Shown here piece after piece: positions 39,801-51,960 of a stretch of DNA of 64,000 nt; the first letter of the stretch is position 1; every line of letters starts with the position of its first letter. The notes beneath the pieces were generated by a model. That model had not been told where the DNA came from. It saw nothing but the letters and a program-made list of their open reading frames with translations, and searched no databases. The stretch is from contig NMRA01000482.1 of the NCBI GenBank assembly GCA_002633005.1, positions 139,462 through 203,461 of the forward strand, read 5' to 3'. Position numbers and translations under genes: made by a program. The DNA comes from Phoronis australis (lineage: Eukaryota > Animalia > Phoronida).

Positions 39801-42800
39801 GATTCCCAGACACACACTCCCAGTCACATGACATTCATCGCGGTTATGGGCAGGTATCTATACTACCGTTTTACTTCCGAGCATGGAAATCAATCTATAC
39901 AAAATGAAACATTGTAACAATATCCAAGTTTAGCTTTCATTCATGAAATGAGCATATACCTGTGCGAGTTTTAGGGTTCAGCAAAAATGTCTCGTTGGCT
40001 GGATTCACTTGGGCTGTTTGTAGTGAGACCTTGCATATATTTGCTGGTTTCTTTAAGCCGTCCAAATCCCAGTAGGTGAACGATCCAGTTGTTATCTCGT
40101 CTGTTGAATTATACTGCAATACACATCACCGAAGGACAATGAGGCCCTGAATACACAATGACAGTGACAACGAACAAGGGAGGCGCATCATAGGAGGCGG
40201 GGGGCTATAGGCCCCCACTTTTTTCAGTACTGTGCCGCCCATGGTCTATGGGTGCTGTATGGGCTGCGCACCACAGGGGGGTAGAGGGGCTATAGCCCTA
40301 CTTTTTTCTGGTGAACCATTAACACTTAGTAAAGAAAGCAACACTTAGTAAAGAAAGAAACAAAACCAATATCGAAACCTCTCTACACCGGCTGTATATC
40401 ATGCGCGCACCCATCGGAGGGGGGGCTCGGGGGGCTCAAAGGAGCTCCCCATTTGTCGAAGTAAGCAAAAAGGTCCGCCTCAGAGAAACAAAGAGACCGA
40501 GAAAACGAGACAAAAGTCCACTAAAAAGGCGCAGACGCACAGTATCTTCTCGCTTTTTTGTCAGCAAAAGGTCCACTTCGCCAGAAATTCGAGCCCCCCA
40601 TATTAGAGACTGAGTGCGCGCATGTTTATTACTACCGCGATGACACTAATTTCGAAACCTTTCTATATGATAGGTTACGTGTAGTTGGGGTTTCCATTTT
40701 TTCGTATGTTGTGTCATTGCATTCCCCGACTTTTCGGCATTTTGCTACACATTTAGTAGTCTTGTACAGGTGACTCAACACGCATGTTTTAATATGCGGT
40801 AAATACTGCTCAACTTCAAGTTAAATTGCACCGACATACTGTACTGTCGAAATCGATTTTGAGTATTCAAATGTTAACTCAATTCCAGTTAATTGTGGGT
40901 TATTGTTTTTTTCATTTCACATGCAAATGTGAAAAGTAGCGCTGTATCCATTGGTTTCTCAATCAAAAAGCGATGCGGTTCAACCCAGCTGGGGTTCGAC
41001 TTCTCGTCAAAATTAAAAATAAAATAAGATCTAAGAACTACACGAGGTCCTGGCATACATAAAACCCACACCAGGAAAAGTCTTCCCGAAGTAATTGTGA
41101 AAGCAATTACTATGTTAATTTTAGTAATGGTGATGATCGTGACGATTACATGTATATGGTACGAATCCAGAGGCGAATTACACAAGCCTCACTCCCCACG
41201 GGAAGTTCCTTGCTACTCACAGAGAGCGCCTTCCATTGTTTTGCAGCAGCGATAGGAGGAACAAAACCGGTAGCAATTGACTTGGTTTGCGAAAATCGTA
41301 CTACGACACGATAGTAAAAGTGGGCTGGCGACCGAAAGGGCCGAGATTTGCAAAACTGAATTTACGTGTGTTCCATGTTAATTATACTTCCGTACAACAT
41401 GCAGGCTTGATTATATTTCACCCAGAGCGGTACAAAGCCATAGTACACGAGCCTCACTTTCCGAAGAACGTGCATCTCATTAAATTTGCAGTCAGCGCGA
41501 AATCATAACTTGAGAGCTTGACAAATTTGAATATATCTGTGCCCCACACTATTTTTACTTATGCCTGTTAGCAGAAAATTGGCATGAGAATTCACACATT
41601 CATTTGGAAATAACGGACCGTCATTTCAAGTGATCAAGTTAATCAAAATTCTTCCTAAATTTTTTTTAATTTGCAGAATGAAAGTACAGTTTTTTTTAAT
41701 CCTGTGGCATAAACGTAGGTCTATTCTAAGTACTTTTTAAGAAAACAGTACATTCCAGAAAATACGAGTGATTGTAATGGATTAGTGAAGCGCACACCCT
41801 GTCAATGGTAAACAGCACACTGTCACGAAACTCTTCTTTGCTGTAGACGGCGAATGGTCCTCCAGCCGGAGGGTACGGCAAAGCCTCGTAAGCTACGTCC
41901 CAATCTTTGAGATACAAATGTTTGAAAGTTGTCGTACTGCGTTGGTAAAATTCCATGGTCGATATGCGACTGACTCCAAACAGCAGAACCTGTGCGGGAC
42001 AAGCAAAAATGACATGCAATTCAGCAATTTGAAATTATAATTGATTATTAAATAATAAATGCAGGTGAAAAATACTTCAATATTATTACAGACTGTAGAT
42101 AGTTTTTTAAAAGGAAACACTGCTTTATCCAGGGGCTAACATACAGCATGGTCCTCAACAGGTTCTCGTTCACTCCCTTGCACACAATCACAAGTAAGAC
42201 CAAGCTCAGAGGAATAGCAGACATCTTTGTGCAATGCTCGAATGTCAGCCAGTTAAGCCAGGATTTGAACCCAGGTCTCTCATGCGGGAGTCCGGAGCTC
42301 TAACCACTGAGCCACTCTGTCTCCTGTATGATATATTTGGTATCTTGTCGAATCCTGTCTGGGATTTATATCGTTTTCTTGCGGTGACGCGAGTGTTGTA
42401 TAAAAAGTAAGTTCACGTATCTCTTGGGTGGTGGACTCCACCAATCAGTAACCTTACTCAAAAGATGAGAACAAATTTTAGACGAGATAATTGACGGCTG
42501 TGAAGAAGATATCCAACTCGCCCTAAGTTTCTAAATGTTTTATCTAACTAACACTTTTGCTGATGATGTTAACCCCCCGCGCCGCTGATAGTCATGGCGA
42601 TGAAGGATGATGGAATTGAAGTCGAGAGCCGGCTTGAGAAATCAGGGGAGAAACGTGACAAGTGGTTAATTTCAAAACAAAAATTCACTATGGCAATCGA
42701 ATACTTGACGTCGACTTCGACAGTATTTCGATGAAACATGAAATTGCATGTGCTACACGTTCAAACGTACACCTATAAAGTCAACTCTGCCCGTCTGTCT

Positions 42801-43358
42801 GCTCGACGTGTTTCAAACACAAACTGCTTTGACGCGAAACACACGAAAACGGGTAATTCGCTTGTATGTCTTCGATTTTTGCACTAAGTGCAGAAACTTA
42901 AACTTTACTAATAGGATGATATGTGATTTTTCGTTTACAAGTGGGATTTTGGTGGGATGCATGAATGTCCTTTCAATGCTGCAGTACAATATAACAGCTT
43001 AAATTCATCACCACGTCAAGCACAATACGATTTTTACATCAGTTCGCTATTTTTTCGACTAACTATATTGAATTTTTGGATTTTTGTACTGGTTTGCCAA
43101 GTAGAGTGCGAGTTTCGGACGCACTTTATGTTCTTTATTAAACTATAACTCAAGACATGTTTGATGTTAAGTTTCAAAGGTCTTCAGACTAACCTGTGTA
43201 GTGACGAGTACGATCTTGACAATATGAAACATCAACTTGAACGGAACCACTTTTCGTTCCTGCCACTTCTGACAAGGGGTCAAGTACATCCATCTTACCT
43301 TCCACCGCAAGGAGGTGCCAGCAGAATTGGAATTTGCCAAAGATTCAGCTGAACTCAT
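27394..43358 (-). CDS. MCOLN: Mucolipin / TRPML channel; complement(join(27394..27424,27870..28018,28883..29089,31475..31597,32442..32543,33424..33573,34194..34312,35505..35610,36065..36161,39076..39151,39960..40113,41798..41989,43194..43358)), about 556 aa
   Basis: 13 GT-AG exons in continuous frame (1671 nt). Motifs: TPCQKW..RK.PFKL (N-terminal), FKHLYLK, YPP..GPFAVY, ITYDNRGHDGQI, EFLNVWY, RYLGYFQKYN, PNVMRF, GWVVFG, FRTISDTCENLFAMLNGDELF (pore), SRLYLYSF, FIAIITDSYETIK, GFP and a C-terminal CC. The start Met and the last 31-nt exon are less certain. Confidence 0.94.
27870..28018 (-). CDS. MCOLN: Mucolipin exon 12 (HCKEHGFPKS...CMSVFCCQK)
   Basis: ctctccacag acceptor, gtgagt donor; GFP motif and C-terminal Cys cluster. 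Confidence 0.9.
28412..28836. mobile_element. TIR element with ~50-bp inverted arms (ttgcatgaaacagtcccaaataggg)
   Basis: Left arm 28412-28457 is the reverse complement of about 28788-28836. Confidence 0.7.
28883..29089 (-). CDS. MCOLN: Mucolipin exon 11, pore and S6 (FRTISDTCENLFAMLNGDELF...FIAIITDSYETIK)
   Basis: aattacag acceptor, gtacga donor. Confidence 0.96.
29134..29293 (+). mobile_element. MITE family B copy, 5-bp TSD caagg
   Basis: cagtggcggat...atccgtcactg flanked by caagg on both sides; 44 nt from the mucolipin pore-exon acceptor. Confidence 0.8.
30024..30076. repeat. (AT)n microsatellite (repeated at 30788-30838)
   Basis: Directly visible. Confidence 0.95.
30024..31499. other. 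~720-bp duplication across an N gap (30024-30744 / 30788-31499), likely a haplotype assembly artefact
   Basis: Near-identical copies with a few SNPs and one small indel, abutting a 43-N gap; the first copy ends partway through exon 10. Confidence 0.85.
31475..31597 (-). CDS. MCOLN: Mucolipin exon 10, S5 (VLILSMKRAVPNVMRFLVCAGVLFGGYTFTGWVVFGATHLK)
   Basis: actgcag acceptor, gtaagt donor. Confidence 0.95.
31955..32320. repeat. Degenerate tandem repeat (gacctagcagatca...aaattcaccaaac.gt.c)
   Basis: Several diverged copies in mucolipin intron 9. Confidence 0.5.
32442..32543 (-). CDS. MCOLN: Mucolipin exon 9, S4 (AVLLYNTAAYFLGSGALIAWFSIMRYLGYFQKYN)
   Basis: attttcag acceptor, gtaagt donor. Confidence 0.95.
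33424..33573 (-). CDS. MCOLN: Mucolipin exon 8, S3 (MVKKHLRARY...EFLNVWYIAIVICDVFILVGTSLEIAIEQS)
   Basis: atttcag acceptor, gtaagt donor. Confidence 0.93.
34194..34312 (-). CDS. MCOLN: Mucolipin exon 7, S2 helix (VQVASLVGLIFFRCLLVSSCVLSTVLCLRSIYKAQVLKT)
   Basis: cattttgtag acceptor, gtatgt donor; C..S..LC.RS motif; 119 nt restores the frame; not in the ORF track. Confidence 0.9.
35505..35610 (-). CDS. MCOLN: Mucolipin exon 6 (ITYDNRGHDGQILVSLD...C...)
   Basis: ttattatag acceptor, gtacgt donor; equivalent of ITFDNKAHSG. Confidence 0.9.
36065..36161 (-). CDS. MCOLN: Mucolipin exon 5 (LEQLTVQFYMKSIHLQRWKELERPECVEFKVT)
   Basis: ctgttgtag acceptor, gtaacg donor; matches the F.LK.I.LQ...P.C..F pattern. 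Confidence 0.9.
36951..37785 (+). mobile_element. Probable solo LTR (~835 bp) in a mucolipin intron
   Basis: TGTAA...TAACA termini, internal 64-bp-period duplication (37133-37250), TATAAATA at 37384, AATAAA at 37715; no clean TSD found. Confidence 0.55.
38632..38971 (+). mobile_element. Dispersed repeat family D
   Basis: ttaggggaaattcggtttaccgaa...ccgaagtttcggtgagt; inverted homologue at 62584-62970. Confidence 0.7.
39076..39151 (-). CDS. MCOLN: Mucolipin exon 4 (DCFNVSVIESNVSEIEENISKIDFN)
   Basis: atatttcag acceptor, gtaagt donor; phases 1 and 2 fit the neighbouring exons. Confidence 0.85.
39577..40310. repeat. Fragments of GC-rich repeat family C on both sides of mucolipin exon 3 (39577-39715, 40187-40310); inverted copy at 54186-54267
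   Basis: Recurrent gctatagcccccactttttcagt.ctg.gccgcccatg unit. Confidence 0.55.
39960..40113 (-). CDS. MCOLN: Mucolipin exon 3 (YNSTDEITTGSFTY...VNPANETFLLNPKTRT)
   Basis: attgcag acceptor, gtatat donor; luminal-linker P.NETF motif. Confidence 0.9.
40400..40624 (+). mobile_element. MITE family A copy
   Basis: catgcgcgcaccca...gtgcgcgcatg; shares aaaaggtccgcctcagagaaacaaa with 60642; flanks tatat/tttat. Confidence 0.8.
41798..41989 (-). CDS. MCOLN: Mucolipin exon 2 (VLLFGVS...FKHLYLKDW...YPPAGGPFAVYSK...)
   Basis: gcacag acceptor, gtgtgc donor; FKHL.LK motif. Confidence 0.92.
42115..42324 (-). mobile_element. tRNA-derived SINE (head 42258-42324); 3' end approximate
   Basis: A box TGGCTCAGTGG and B box GGTTCAAATCC at tRNA spacing; no acceptor-stem pairing. 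Confidence 0.65.
43194..43358 (-). CDS. MCOLN: Mucolipin coding exon 1 (MSSAESL...LRWKVRWMYLTPCQKWQERKVVPFKLMFHIVKIVLVTTQ)
   Basis: tttacag acceptor at 43369, first in-frame ATG at 43358, donor gttagt; polybasic N-terminus and S1. Confidence 0.88.
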
Positions 43359-43693
43359 TTCACGTTCTCTGTAAACATTAGGCATTGAGTGTATAAGTAC
43401 GAATGTTGAGTGTGCGAATCGAGAAGCTATGCGAAACTGCCGCGCAGGTGTCTACCAAAATGTTCTAGTCATAAACGTGAAACGAACAAATTTAACACCA
43501 GAGTTTACACGACGAGGTCAACTGATGAAATGGAAGTACAAAACCAATGCAAGAAACCCAAAGCTATTACACAGGCAAGCCAGTCTTGTTGTTGTAACAA
43601 CATATAAAGTATGTGTAGGCTGATGAGAGGTTCAATATAATTAGGGAAACAGAATTGCGGCTATTCTTAATGCAATCAAAGGTGCGGAAAGGA

Positions 43694-46340
43694 TGCCATT
43701 TTTGTCGGTATCCTTTAGTAAATTTTCAGTATATTGTTTATCTCATGGTTAAATAGATCGCAATCGCTGAAATCATTCAACGACAGACAACGTATCAGTT
43801 ACATGTATGATCGGATTTTGTTATAATCTGGATCAGGCCGAAACGGGCAGATCGTGCATGACAGTTTCCTCTGGTCAGAACTGCGTCTACATGTATATCC
43901 GTCCATATCAGTGGATTATCATTTGCAAAACAATCTCGTGACATGGATTGTGATGTCCCATCAAGACACTAACGACGAAAACATATTGTACCCAACGGAG
44001 ACGTCGAGCACAGCGGCGTTCAGTGAAACAATTTTCTTGCCAGAAAACCAACTTGAAGACCTCGCCGAATCGCACAAGTGACAGGCCAGCATTTTGCGCT
44101 GGAGCATAAGATCTTTACTAGCTGAGTGAAGTGTCCTAGAAAACTGGCATGTTGCAGGGATTGAGTTGATTGATTCCGTTCCCGGGGCCACATCTAGCCT
44201 CCAATATTGCATTACCGTCTATCTAAGCTATGACCGGTATTTGAACGTTTCAATTTGTCTCCCATTTCTCTCATTTTCTGTAATTTACATATATAATTGC
44301 TGTTTAATGACTGCAGTTGTACGCGCGTTCCCTTTTGGATACTAACCGATGTATGAGATGTGAGACAAGCCAATGCTATCCTTCAGTAGCCTAACGCTAG
44401 TGTCTGGCTAGGACCAAGATTGTACGAGATATCAAGGAACTATTTCGTTGCTCAGTAGTAAACACATCAAGAATTCCGCACATTATTCCATACCCCCAAA
44501 ATGTTACATGTATACATTCGCACGCCGCACCCTTTTCTCGAGATAAACAGTGCCACCGCGTCTCAACTGGTAGTAGAGCTAGATGGTGGCCATACATGTA
44601 CATGTAGGTTATTCATACGCCGGACACTTTCTCACTGATAACTACACCATAAAAGCAGGAAGAGATAACCTCTTCCTGATAAAAGTCACGTTGTTATAAG
44701 TACCTATGACATCATTTTTCCTGGCGCGAGCACTGAGTGTATACATGGCCAGTTACCGACTTGGACAAATTGAACGAAGGACTGCTAGCTAGTAAAAAAA
44801 TTGATACCGGAGTATTTGTTCAAGTTGAGCGGACTTAATACATCGACAGCCCTCGCAAGCCGTGTCGGTAAGCGGTGCATGGGCCCGTTTCGCCACCCCC
44901 GCAAATCCGTATATGCTTAATTTGTGAACATAAAACTGAACAAAACAACGGATGTAGAGGATACAGTGAAAATACTAATGAACTCCCATTGAGCTCAACA
45001 ATTAAACTTGTCGCCNTGCCATTTCTGTCGGTATCCTTTAGTAAATTTTCATGTGCATATTTCTTATCACATGGTTAAATAGATCGCAATCGCTGAAATC
45101 ATTTAACGACAGACAACGTATCAGTTACATGTATGATCGGATTTTGTTATAATCTGGATCAGGCCTAAACGGGTAGGTCGTGCATGACAGTTTCCTCTGG
45201 TCAGAACTGTGTTTATATCCGTCCATAACAGTGGATTATCATTTGCAAAACAATCTCGTGACATGGTTTGTGATGTCCCATCAAGACAAAACGACGAAAA
45301 CCTTTTGTACCCAACGGAGACGTCGAGCACAGCGGCGTTCAGTGCCAAACAATTTTCTTGCCAGAAAACCAACTTGAAGACCTCGCCGAATCGCACAAGT
45401 GACACAGGCGAGCATTTTGCGCTGGAGCATGTTAAGATCTTTACTAGCCTGAGTGAAGTGTCCTAGAAAACTGGCATGTTGCATTATGGGATTGAGTTGA
45501 TTGATTCCGTTCCCGGGCCACATCTAGCCTCCAATATTGCATTACCGTCTATCTAAGCTATGACCGGTATTTGAACGTTTTAAATTTCTCTCATTTTCTG
45601 TAATTTACATATATAATTGCTATTTAATGACTGCAGTTGTACGCGCGTTCCCTTTTGGATACTAACCGATATATATGAGATGTAGGAGACATGCCAATGC
45701 TATCCTTCAGTAGCCTAACGCTAGTGTCTGGCTAGGACCAAGATTGTACGAGATATCAAGGAACTATTTCGTTGCTCAGTAGTAAACACATCAAGAATTC
45801 CGCACATTATTCCATACCCCCAAAATGTCACATGTATACATTCGCACGCCGCACCCTTTTCTCGAGATAAACAGTGCCACCGCGTCTCAACTGGCAGTAG
45901 AGCTAGATTGTGGCCATACATGTACATGTAGGTTATTCATACGCCGGACACTTTCTCACTGATTACACCATAAAAGCAGGAAGAGATAACCTCTTCCTGA
46001 TAAAAGTCACCTTGTTATTAGTACCTATGACATCATGTTTCCTGGCGCGAGCACTGAGTGTACACATGGCCAGTTATAGTATACCGACTTGGACAAATTG
46101 AACGAAGGACTGCTAGTAAAAAAATTGATACCGGGAGTATTTGTTCAAGTTGAACGGACTTAATACATCGACAGCCCTCGCAAGCCGTGTCGGTAGGCGG
46201 TGCATGGGCCCGTTTCGCCACCCCCGCAAATCCGTACATGCTTAATTTGTGAACATAAAACTGACCAAAACAACGGATGTAGAGGATACAGTGAAAATAC
46301 TAATGAACTCCCATTGCGCTCAACAATTAAACGTGTCGCC
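43694..46340. other. ~1.32-kb tandem duplication joined by a single N at 45016, likely allelic overlap
   Basis: 43694-45015 versus 45017-46340, scattered SNPs and indels. Confidence 0.85.
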
Positions 46341-46855
46341 GGGTTGTCTTCGTGTGCCAGATCCCGTGAACAGGAGTATTGATAAAGCATCAGTAATTCT
46401 TTCACTGAAAATTGATTAACGGGATAAGATTCATGGTTTATAGTGAGAAATTCAATTTTGTTTGACTGAAACGATATTTCAAATAATTCATTGAAAAAAT
46501 CTGAGGCAGTAAGCACGAGAGTTGAATACGAAAATAGTCGCACAGCCAAATCGACGAGTTTGTCCGTGAAAATCATCGCGCGGCCGAGGATTAATGTATG
46601 CGAGCAAACGAGTGCGCCAGAGGGGGGGGAGTGTGCGCCTGTGAGAGGAGAATAGCATATGTGTGGGAGAAGAATTTATGCCCAGGCAACGAAATATATG
46701 TAGGGTCTATAAAGTAGTGCTTCGCTTCGGTGATGAGACTTGCGTGATCTTGCTTTTGTGGTGAACCGAACGCAGTCTAAATTACTGACAACTTAGATAT
46801 CTGTTTTGCAGACATTTTTCGACTATAAACACCGGTTCTTTGAATTTAAACTTAC

Positions 46856-46960
46856 CTTTTGTTTATTCAAAGCTGGCTAGTCGCTTGCATGAAATCACAG
46901 GGCTGCTCTCTTAGTGATGGCTGTTTATTATCTGTGATAAGCCCAACGCTGTGTCTGGAT
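46856..46960 (-). other. Putative non-coding first exon of mucolipin (second copy ends at 48660); 5' end approximate
   Basis: Perfect AAG|gtaagt donor at 46855; an upstream exon is needed for the acceptor at 43369; contains a 7-codon uORF. Confidence 0.5.
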
Positions 46961-46982
46961 TAATTATCACCACGGTTGCGTT

Positions 46983-46991
46983 GTCACGTGG
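46983..46991. promoter_or_regulatory. CLEAR-like (TFEB/MITF) E-box GTCACGTGG upstream of mucolipin (copy at 48787-48795)
   Basis: Matches 8 of 10 bases of GTCACGTGAC, about 130 nt upstream of the putative first donor of a lysosomal gene. Confidence 0.5.
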
Positions 46992-49900
46992 TAAGCCTAC
47001 AGTTTCGAGTTGATAGTCACAGAATAACGTCACAGCCACAACAAAAGTTTAAAGCCAACGACTTGTGTCTGACATGCATTGTGTTGCTTCACGCCGACCG
47101 AAATAACCACTGGGGATGCAGCAAACTTCCTTTTTGTAAGACCCAACTGCGGTCCAACTCGATGATCACTGACTATTCCATGAACTCAAAACTTCCGCTT
47201 TAGGAAATTATAGTGTTTCCTCAATTTTCTGACCAGGAAACATTAAATTTCCAAAACATTGCAATTACAAATGACATCATAGGCGGATTTAGGGGGGCAG
47301 GAGGTCGCCCCCTCCTTGGCTGCCGCAAAAAAATAAAACAGCAAGAGCGTAGGGAAATGTTGAACTTATTAATTAACCCTGGTAATTAACATTATACGGC
47401 TGAAACAATATTTAAGTGTGTGCAGTTTTAGTGTGTTTGGGGGTGGGGCTCAGATCCAATTTCAAGTGTAAAATTCGGAACACGGCGCAAACGTAATGGA
47501 ACTATGGCTATTTATAGGCTCTCCCGCGATATCCCAGGCGACCGGCAGTGGTACTGCGCACTACGACTCTGTTTCCGTCGTCTGCTTCACTGAAAATTAC
47601 TTCATTTTTCAAAGAAAATGGAATCTGAGTGACGATAAAAAAACAGAAGCTGCTTGTAAAATGTGAATTTTAATCGAAGCCTTAGTGAATCACTCAGAAA
47701 CTCATAATTCTCTCTTTGTCAAACCTTAACTTAAGACGATTTCCAAAGCAATCAGACATTAATGCCAACACAAAAAAGGATTTGGTCTTTTGGGCAATTG
47801 AAAGCTATTTTAAATACAACAAATTTGTTACGAACTGATTGCACAAAGTATAAAAAGTGTAATAAGCATTACAAAAAGAAGTAGGTTTCGCGCGCAAACG
47901 CTGTGGACCATAAACAAGTAGGTCTCTTAGCATCAAATTACGAGTTCGAGTCTGTGTAACTTCAAGTTTGACGTATTCTCCGTATTTTTATTTCTTTCTT
48001 GGATAATACTTCAGGAGTCAAGGAAAATGCTTGAATTTTAGAGGAAAAACATAAAAATTTTCCTGGGCGGGAGGGGGGTTTGCCCCCCTCCCCCCATTCG
48101 GTGCTATGCGCATCTACAATCGTGCTTTGCACAAATGTTTACAGACAAAATGTTGGTGTCAGACGATTGACTGTGGGTTTGTTTAAAAGGTAGCTATGCT
48201 TTGAGATTGTGCGTAGATTGAGAGTGAATAATCAAATCCAATAATTAATTTATTATATGATAACCCCTAATTAGACAAATGAAACCTATTGTTAATTAAG
48301 TAATCAACTACAAAGAGTAACTACGCTGGAGCCCTCTTTAAAGATACTTTAATCAAACAACCAAAACAATCAAATGTCTTATCTGCTCTCTAAGCTAGGA
48401 CTCTCCACTTGTTGGATGTCTGTCCTGTTGGTGAATCTTCGAACTACACACACTGTATAACGACAGTGTACTTGCTGGTCACCGTCTCTGGTGATGCAAC
48501 ACTTGCAGGCAATTTCTTCTACCTGCGATTTTTCTTGCTGGTCACAGTCTCTGTCTGATGACGCAACACTTCAGGTAGTATCTTACTACCCACAATGCAA
48601 GTGANTTTGCGGACATTTTCGACTATAAACACCGGCGGGTTGTTTGAATTTAAACTTACCTTTTGTTTATTCAAAGCTGGCTAGTCGCTTGCATGAAATC
48701 ACAGGGCTGCTCTCTTAGTGACGGCTGTTTATTATCTGTGATATGCTCAACGCTGTGTCTGAATTAATTATCACCACGGTTGCGTTGTCACGTGGTAAGC
48801 CTGCAGTTTCGAGTTGATAGTCACATAATAACGTCACAGCCACAACAAAAGTTTAAAGCCAACGACGTGTGTCTGACAATGCACTGTGTTGCTTCACGCC
48901 GACCGAAATAACCACTCGGGATGTTGTAAGACCCAACTGCGGTGCAACTCAATGATCACTGACTATTCTATGAACTCAAAACTTCCGCTTTAGGAAATTA
49001 TGTTTCCTCAATATTCTGACCAGGAAACACATTAAATTCCCAAAACATTGCAATTACAAATGACATCGTAGGCGGATTTAGGGGGGGCCGCCCCCCCCCC
49101 CCCTCTTGGCTGACGTAAAAAATAAAACAGCAAGAGCGTAGGAAAATGTTGAGCTTATTAAATAACCCCGGTAATTAACAGTATACGGCTGAAACAATAT
49201 TTAAGTGTATGCAGTTTTAGTGTGTTTGGGGAGTGGGGCTCAGATCCAATTTCAAGTGTCAAACTCGGAACGCGGCGCAATCGTAATGGAACTATGGCTA
49301 TGTATAGGCTCTCCCGCGAAATCTCACGCGATCGGCAGTGGTACTGCGCACTACGACTCTGTTTCCGTCGTCTGCTTCACTGAAAATTACTTCATTTTTT
49401 AAAGAAAATGGAATCTGAGTGACGATAAAAAAAACAGAAGCTGCTTGTAAGATGAGAATTTTAATCGAAGCTTTAGTGAATCACTCAGAAACTCATAACT
49501 CCCCCATTTGTCAAACCTTAACTTAAAACGATTTCCAAAGCAATCACGTCATTAATGCCAACCCAAAAAAAGGATTTGGTCTTTTGGGCAATTGCAGGCC
49601 ATTTTAAATACAACAAATTTGTTACGAACTGATTTCGCGCGTAAACGCTGTGGACCATAAACAAGTAGGTCTCTTAGTATCAACTTACGAGTCGAATCGT
49701 GGTGGTGCAGTGGTAAAGTACGCACGCTCTCTCCGCCATGACTTCGAGTCTGTGGTAACTTCAAGTTTGACGTGTTCTCCGTATTTTTATTTCTTTCTTG
49801 GATAATACTTCAGGAGTCAAGGAAAATGCTTGATTTTTAGAGGAAAAACATAAAACTTTTCCTGGGAAGGGGGTTTGCCCCCCTCCCTCCATTCGGTGCT

Positions 49901-51960
49901 ATGCGCATCTACAATCGTGCTTTGCACAAATGTTTACAGACAAAATGTTGGTGTCAGACGATTGACTGTGGGTTTGTTTAAAAGTTAGCTACATGTATGC
50001 TTTGAGATTGTGCGTAGATTGAGAGTGAATAATCAAATCCAGCAATTAATTTATTATATGATAACCCCTAATTAGACAAATGAAAGCTATTGTTAATTAA
50101 GCAATCAACTACAAAGAGTAATTACGCTGGCGCCCTCTTTAAAGATTACTTTATTCAAACAACCAAAACAATCAAATGTCTTATCTGACAAGCTAGGACT
50201 CTCCACTTGTTGTATGTCTGTCCTGTTGGTGAATCTTCGAACTACACACACTGTATAACGGCAGTGTACTTGCTGGTCACCGTCTCTGGTGATGCAACAC
50301 TTGCAGGCAATTTCTTCTACCCGCGATTTTTCTTGCTGGTCACAGTCTCTGTCTGATGACGCAACACTTCAGGTAGTATCTTACTACCCACAATGCAAGT
50401 GACAAGCTCTTAGTTAACTTCCTGTTCGTTAAGGAGGCACAGAACAGTTCTCACAGGGGTTCGCCTGTCAGAACACACGTCAATGCACTCTTCACCCTTT
50501 CTTCACTTTGTCAAAAACTGCATGCAACTAAGGAAATGTTTTGAGTCATTTCACATCAGAAGCCCTACAGATAAGCACAGAAATACTGCAGCACTAGTAA
50601 CATTGATAATAATAATAATATGCACTAATCAATACAGAAATACATATTTATTTAATTTTCCAAAAGTTTTCACAATAAAAGTGGGTTCATTACAAAGATG
50701 CAATGGTAGGCAAACGCGGGAAACATTTCAAGGACTATTTTAGGTGTGGGCTGAAAATCAATCGGAAGCGTGAATGTCCGGCTAATCCCGGATGACAGAA
50801 AGGAACGCAAACCTGAGTTCTTCACGCCGGTCCGGATAGGTTCACTGATGAAATTCCTATTTTAGAGGAAACAGTGACAGCGTTCCTAAGATTTCAACTT
50901 GTAAATTTGTATCAAAAGAAATGTGTGGTTCTGTTACAAATCGACAACTATCGCCGATGTTTGCCAACCATTTCGCTGAATTCTATGTCGGTGACTTACT
51001 TAACATACTCTGCCATTTAACAAGATGTGGCTCATTAGCAAAACTTTTGGGTGCAGCCACGAAGACCACAAGTATTAACTCGCGCTTGGGCTGATTTCAG
51101 AAAATCACCCTTCTCGGCGATGTCACTTTAAAAATAACAAAACAGGGTCGTCGCATAAAAAGTGCTTTGCGCTCTTCCTGTCTATTTCACTGATCACGAT
51201 TCTCGGAATTGTTCACCCCAGCGGATGTGTATCGGGAGTGCACTGGTAAAATGGCGGCGAACAATATTATTACTATTTTCAACCAACAGGTCATTTTTTC
51301 AAACTTGGCCGATGGTTCCCGGTTGAGTGGTTTATTCTTGACACACCTTTAGCAAATCCTTGAGGTGATTAAAACGGTGAGACATAAATTCTAACAGCAC
51401 TTTCCAGTTGATAAAATAATCTGTTTACATAATATTATGCGAAAAAAACAGTATTCCCAGGATGTAACAATAAAGTGTACCATTGAACACGTTTGTTTGG
51501 CATTGACAATCTTCCTCACTTATGGGCTTCAAGGGCACTCTATTTATTCGCGTTCTTTTCTCACAAATACACATCTTTTCTCACGAGCCCAATTCTTTTC
51601 GCACCAACTGATCAAACGGTGTTTTATATGTTCTTCACAGCCGTTTTAAACGCTAAAGTAACGACACCTGTCAGAGTAGTGAACTAGTGTGACTTTTGTC
51701 GGTATAATACTTGCACGAAGCCTCCTGCTCGCTGGCGGCAGAAGCGAGACTATGGAAGAGTGTAGCGGAAGAGCGTTGTATCACAGTTGTTTTTCACCAA
51801 GTTCAGAGTTCACCCCCAGAAATAAGAGGATCGGATATGATAAACGATATTATAATATGTCTTGACATTTAATAGGCAGTGCGCACATACAAGTGTACTT
51901 TCGAACCGACACAATTGCTAGCTAGTCGTAAAAGCAAAAGGAGGTCGACAAGTATTCAGA

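Larger units (their letters stand above)
46805..50402. other. ~1.8-kb tandem duplication joined by a single N at 48605, likely allelic overlap
   Basis: 46805-48604 versus 48606-50402; includes the putative mucolipin first exon and promoter. Confidence 0.85.

Noticed and set aside
42258-42324. tRNA gene
   Set aside because: A and B boxes are present, but there is no acceptor-stem pairing; interpreted as a SINE head.
43694-50402. Two kb-scale tandem duplications that seem to duplicate the mucolipin promoter
   Set aside because: Each junction is a single N and the copies differ by scattered SNPs and indels, the signature of uncollapsed haplotypes at contig joins. Half read depth would confirm this.
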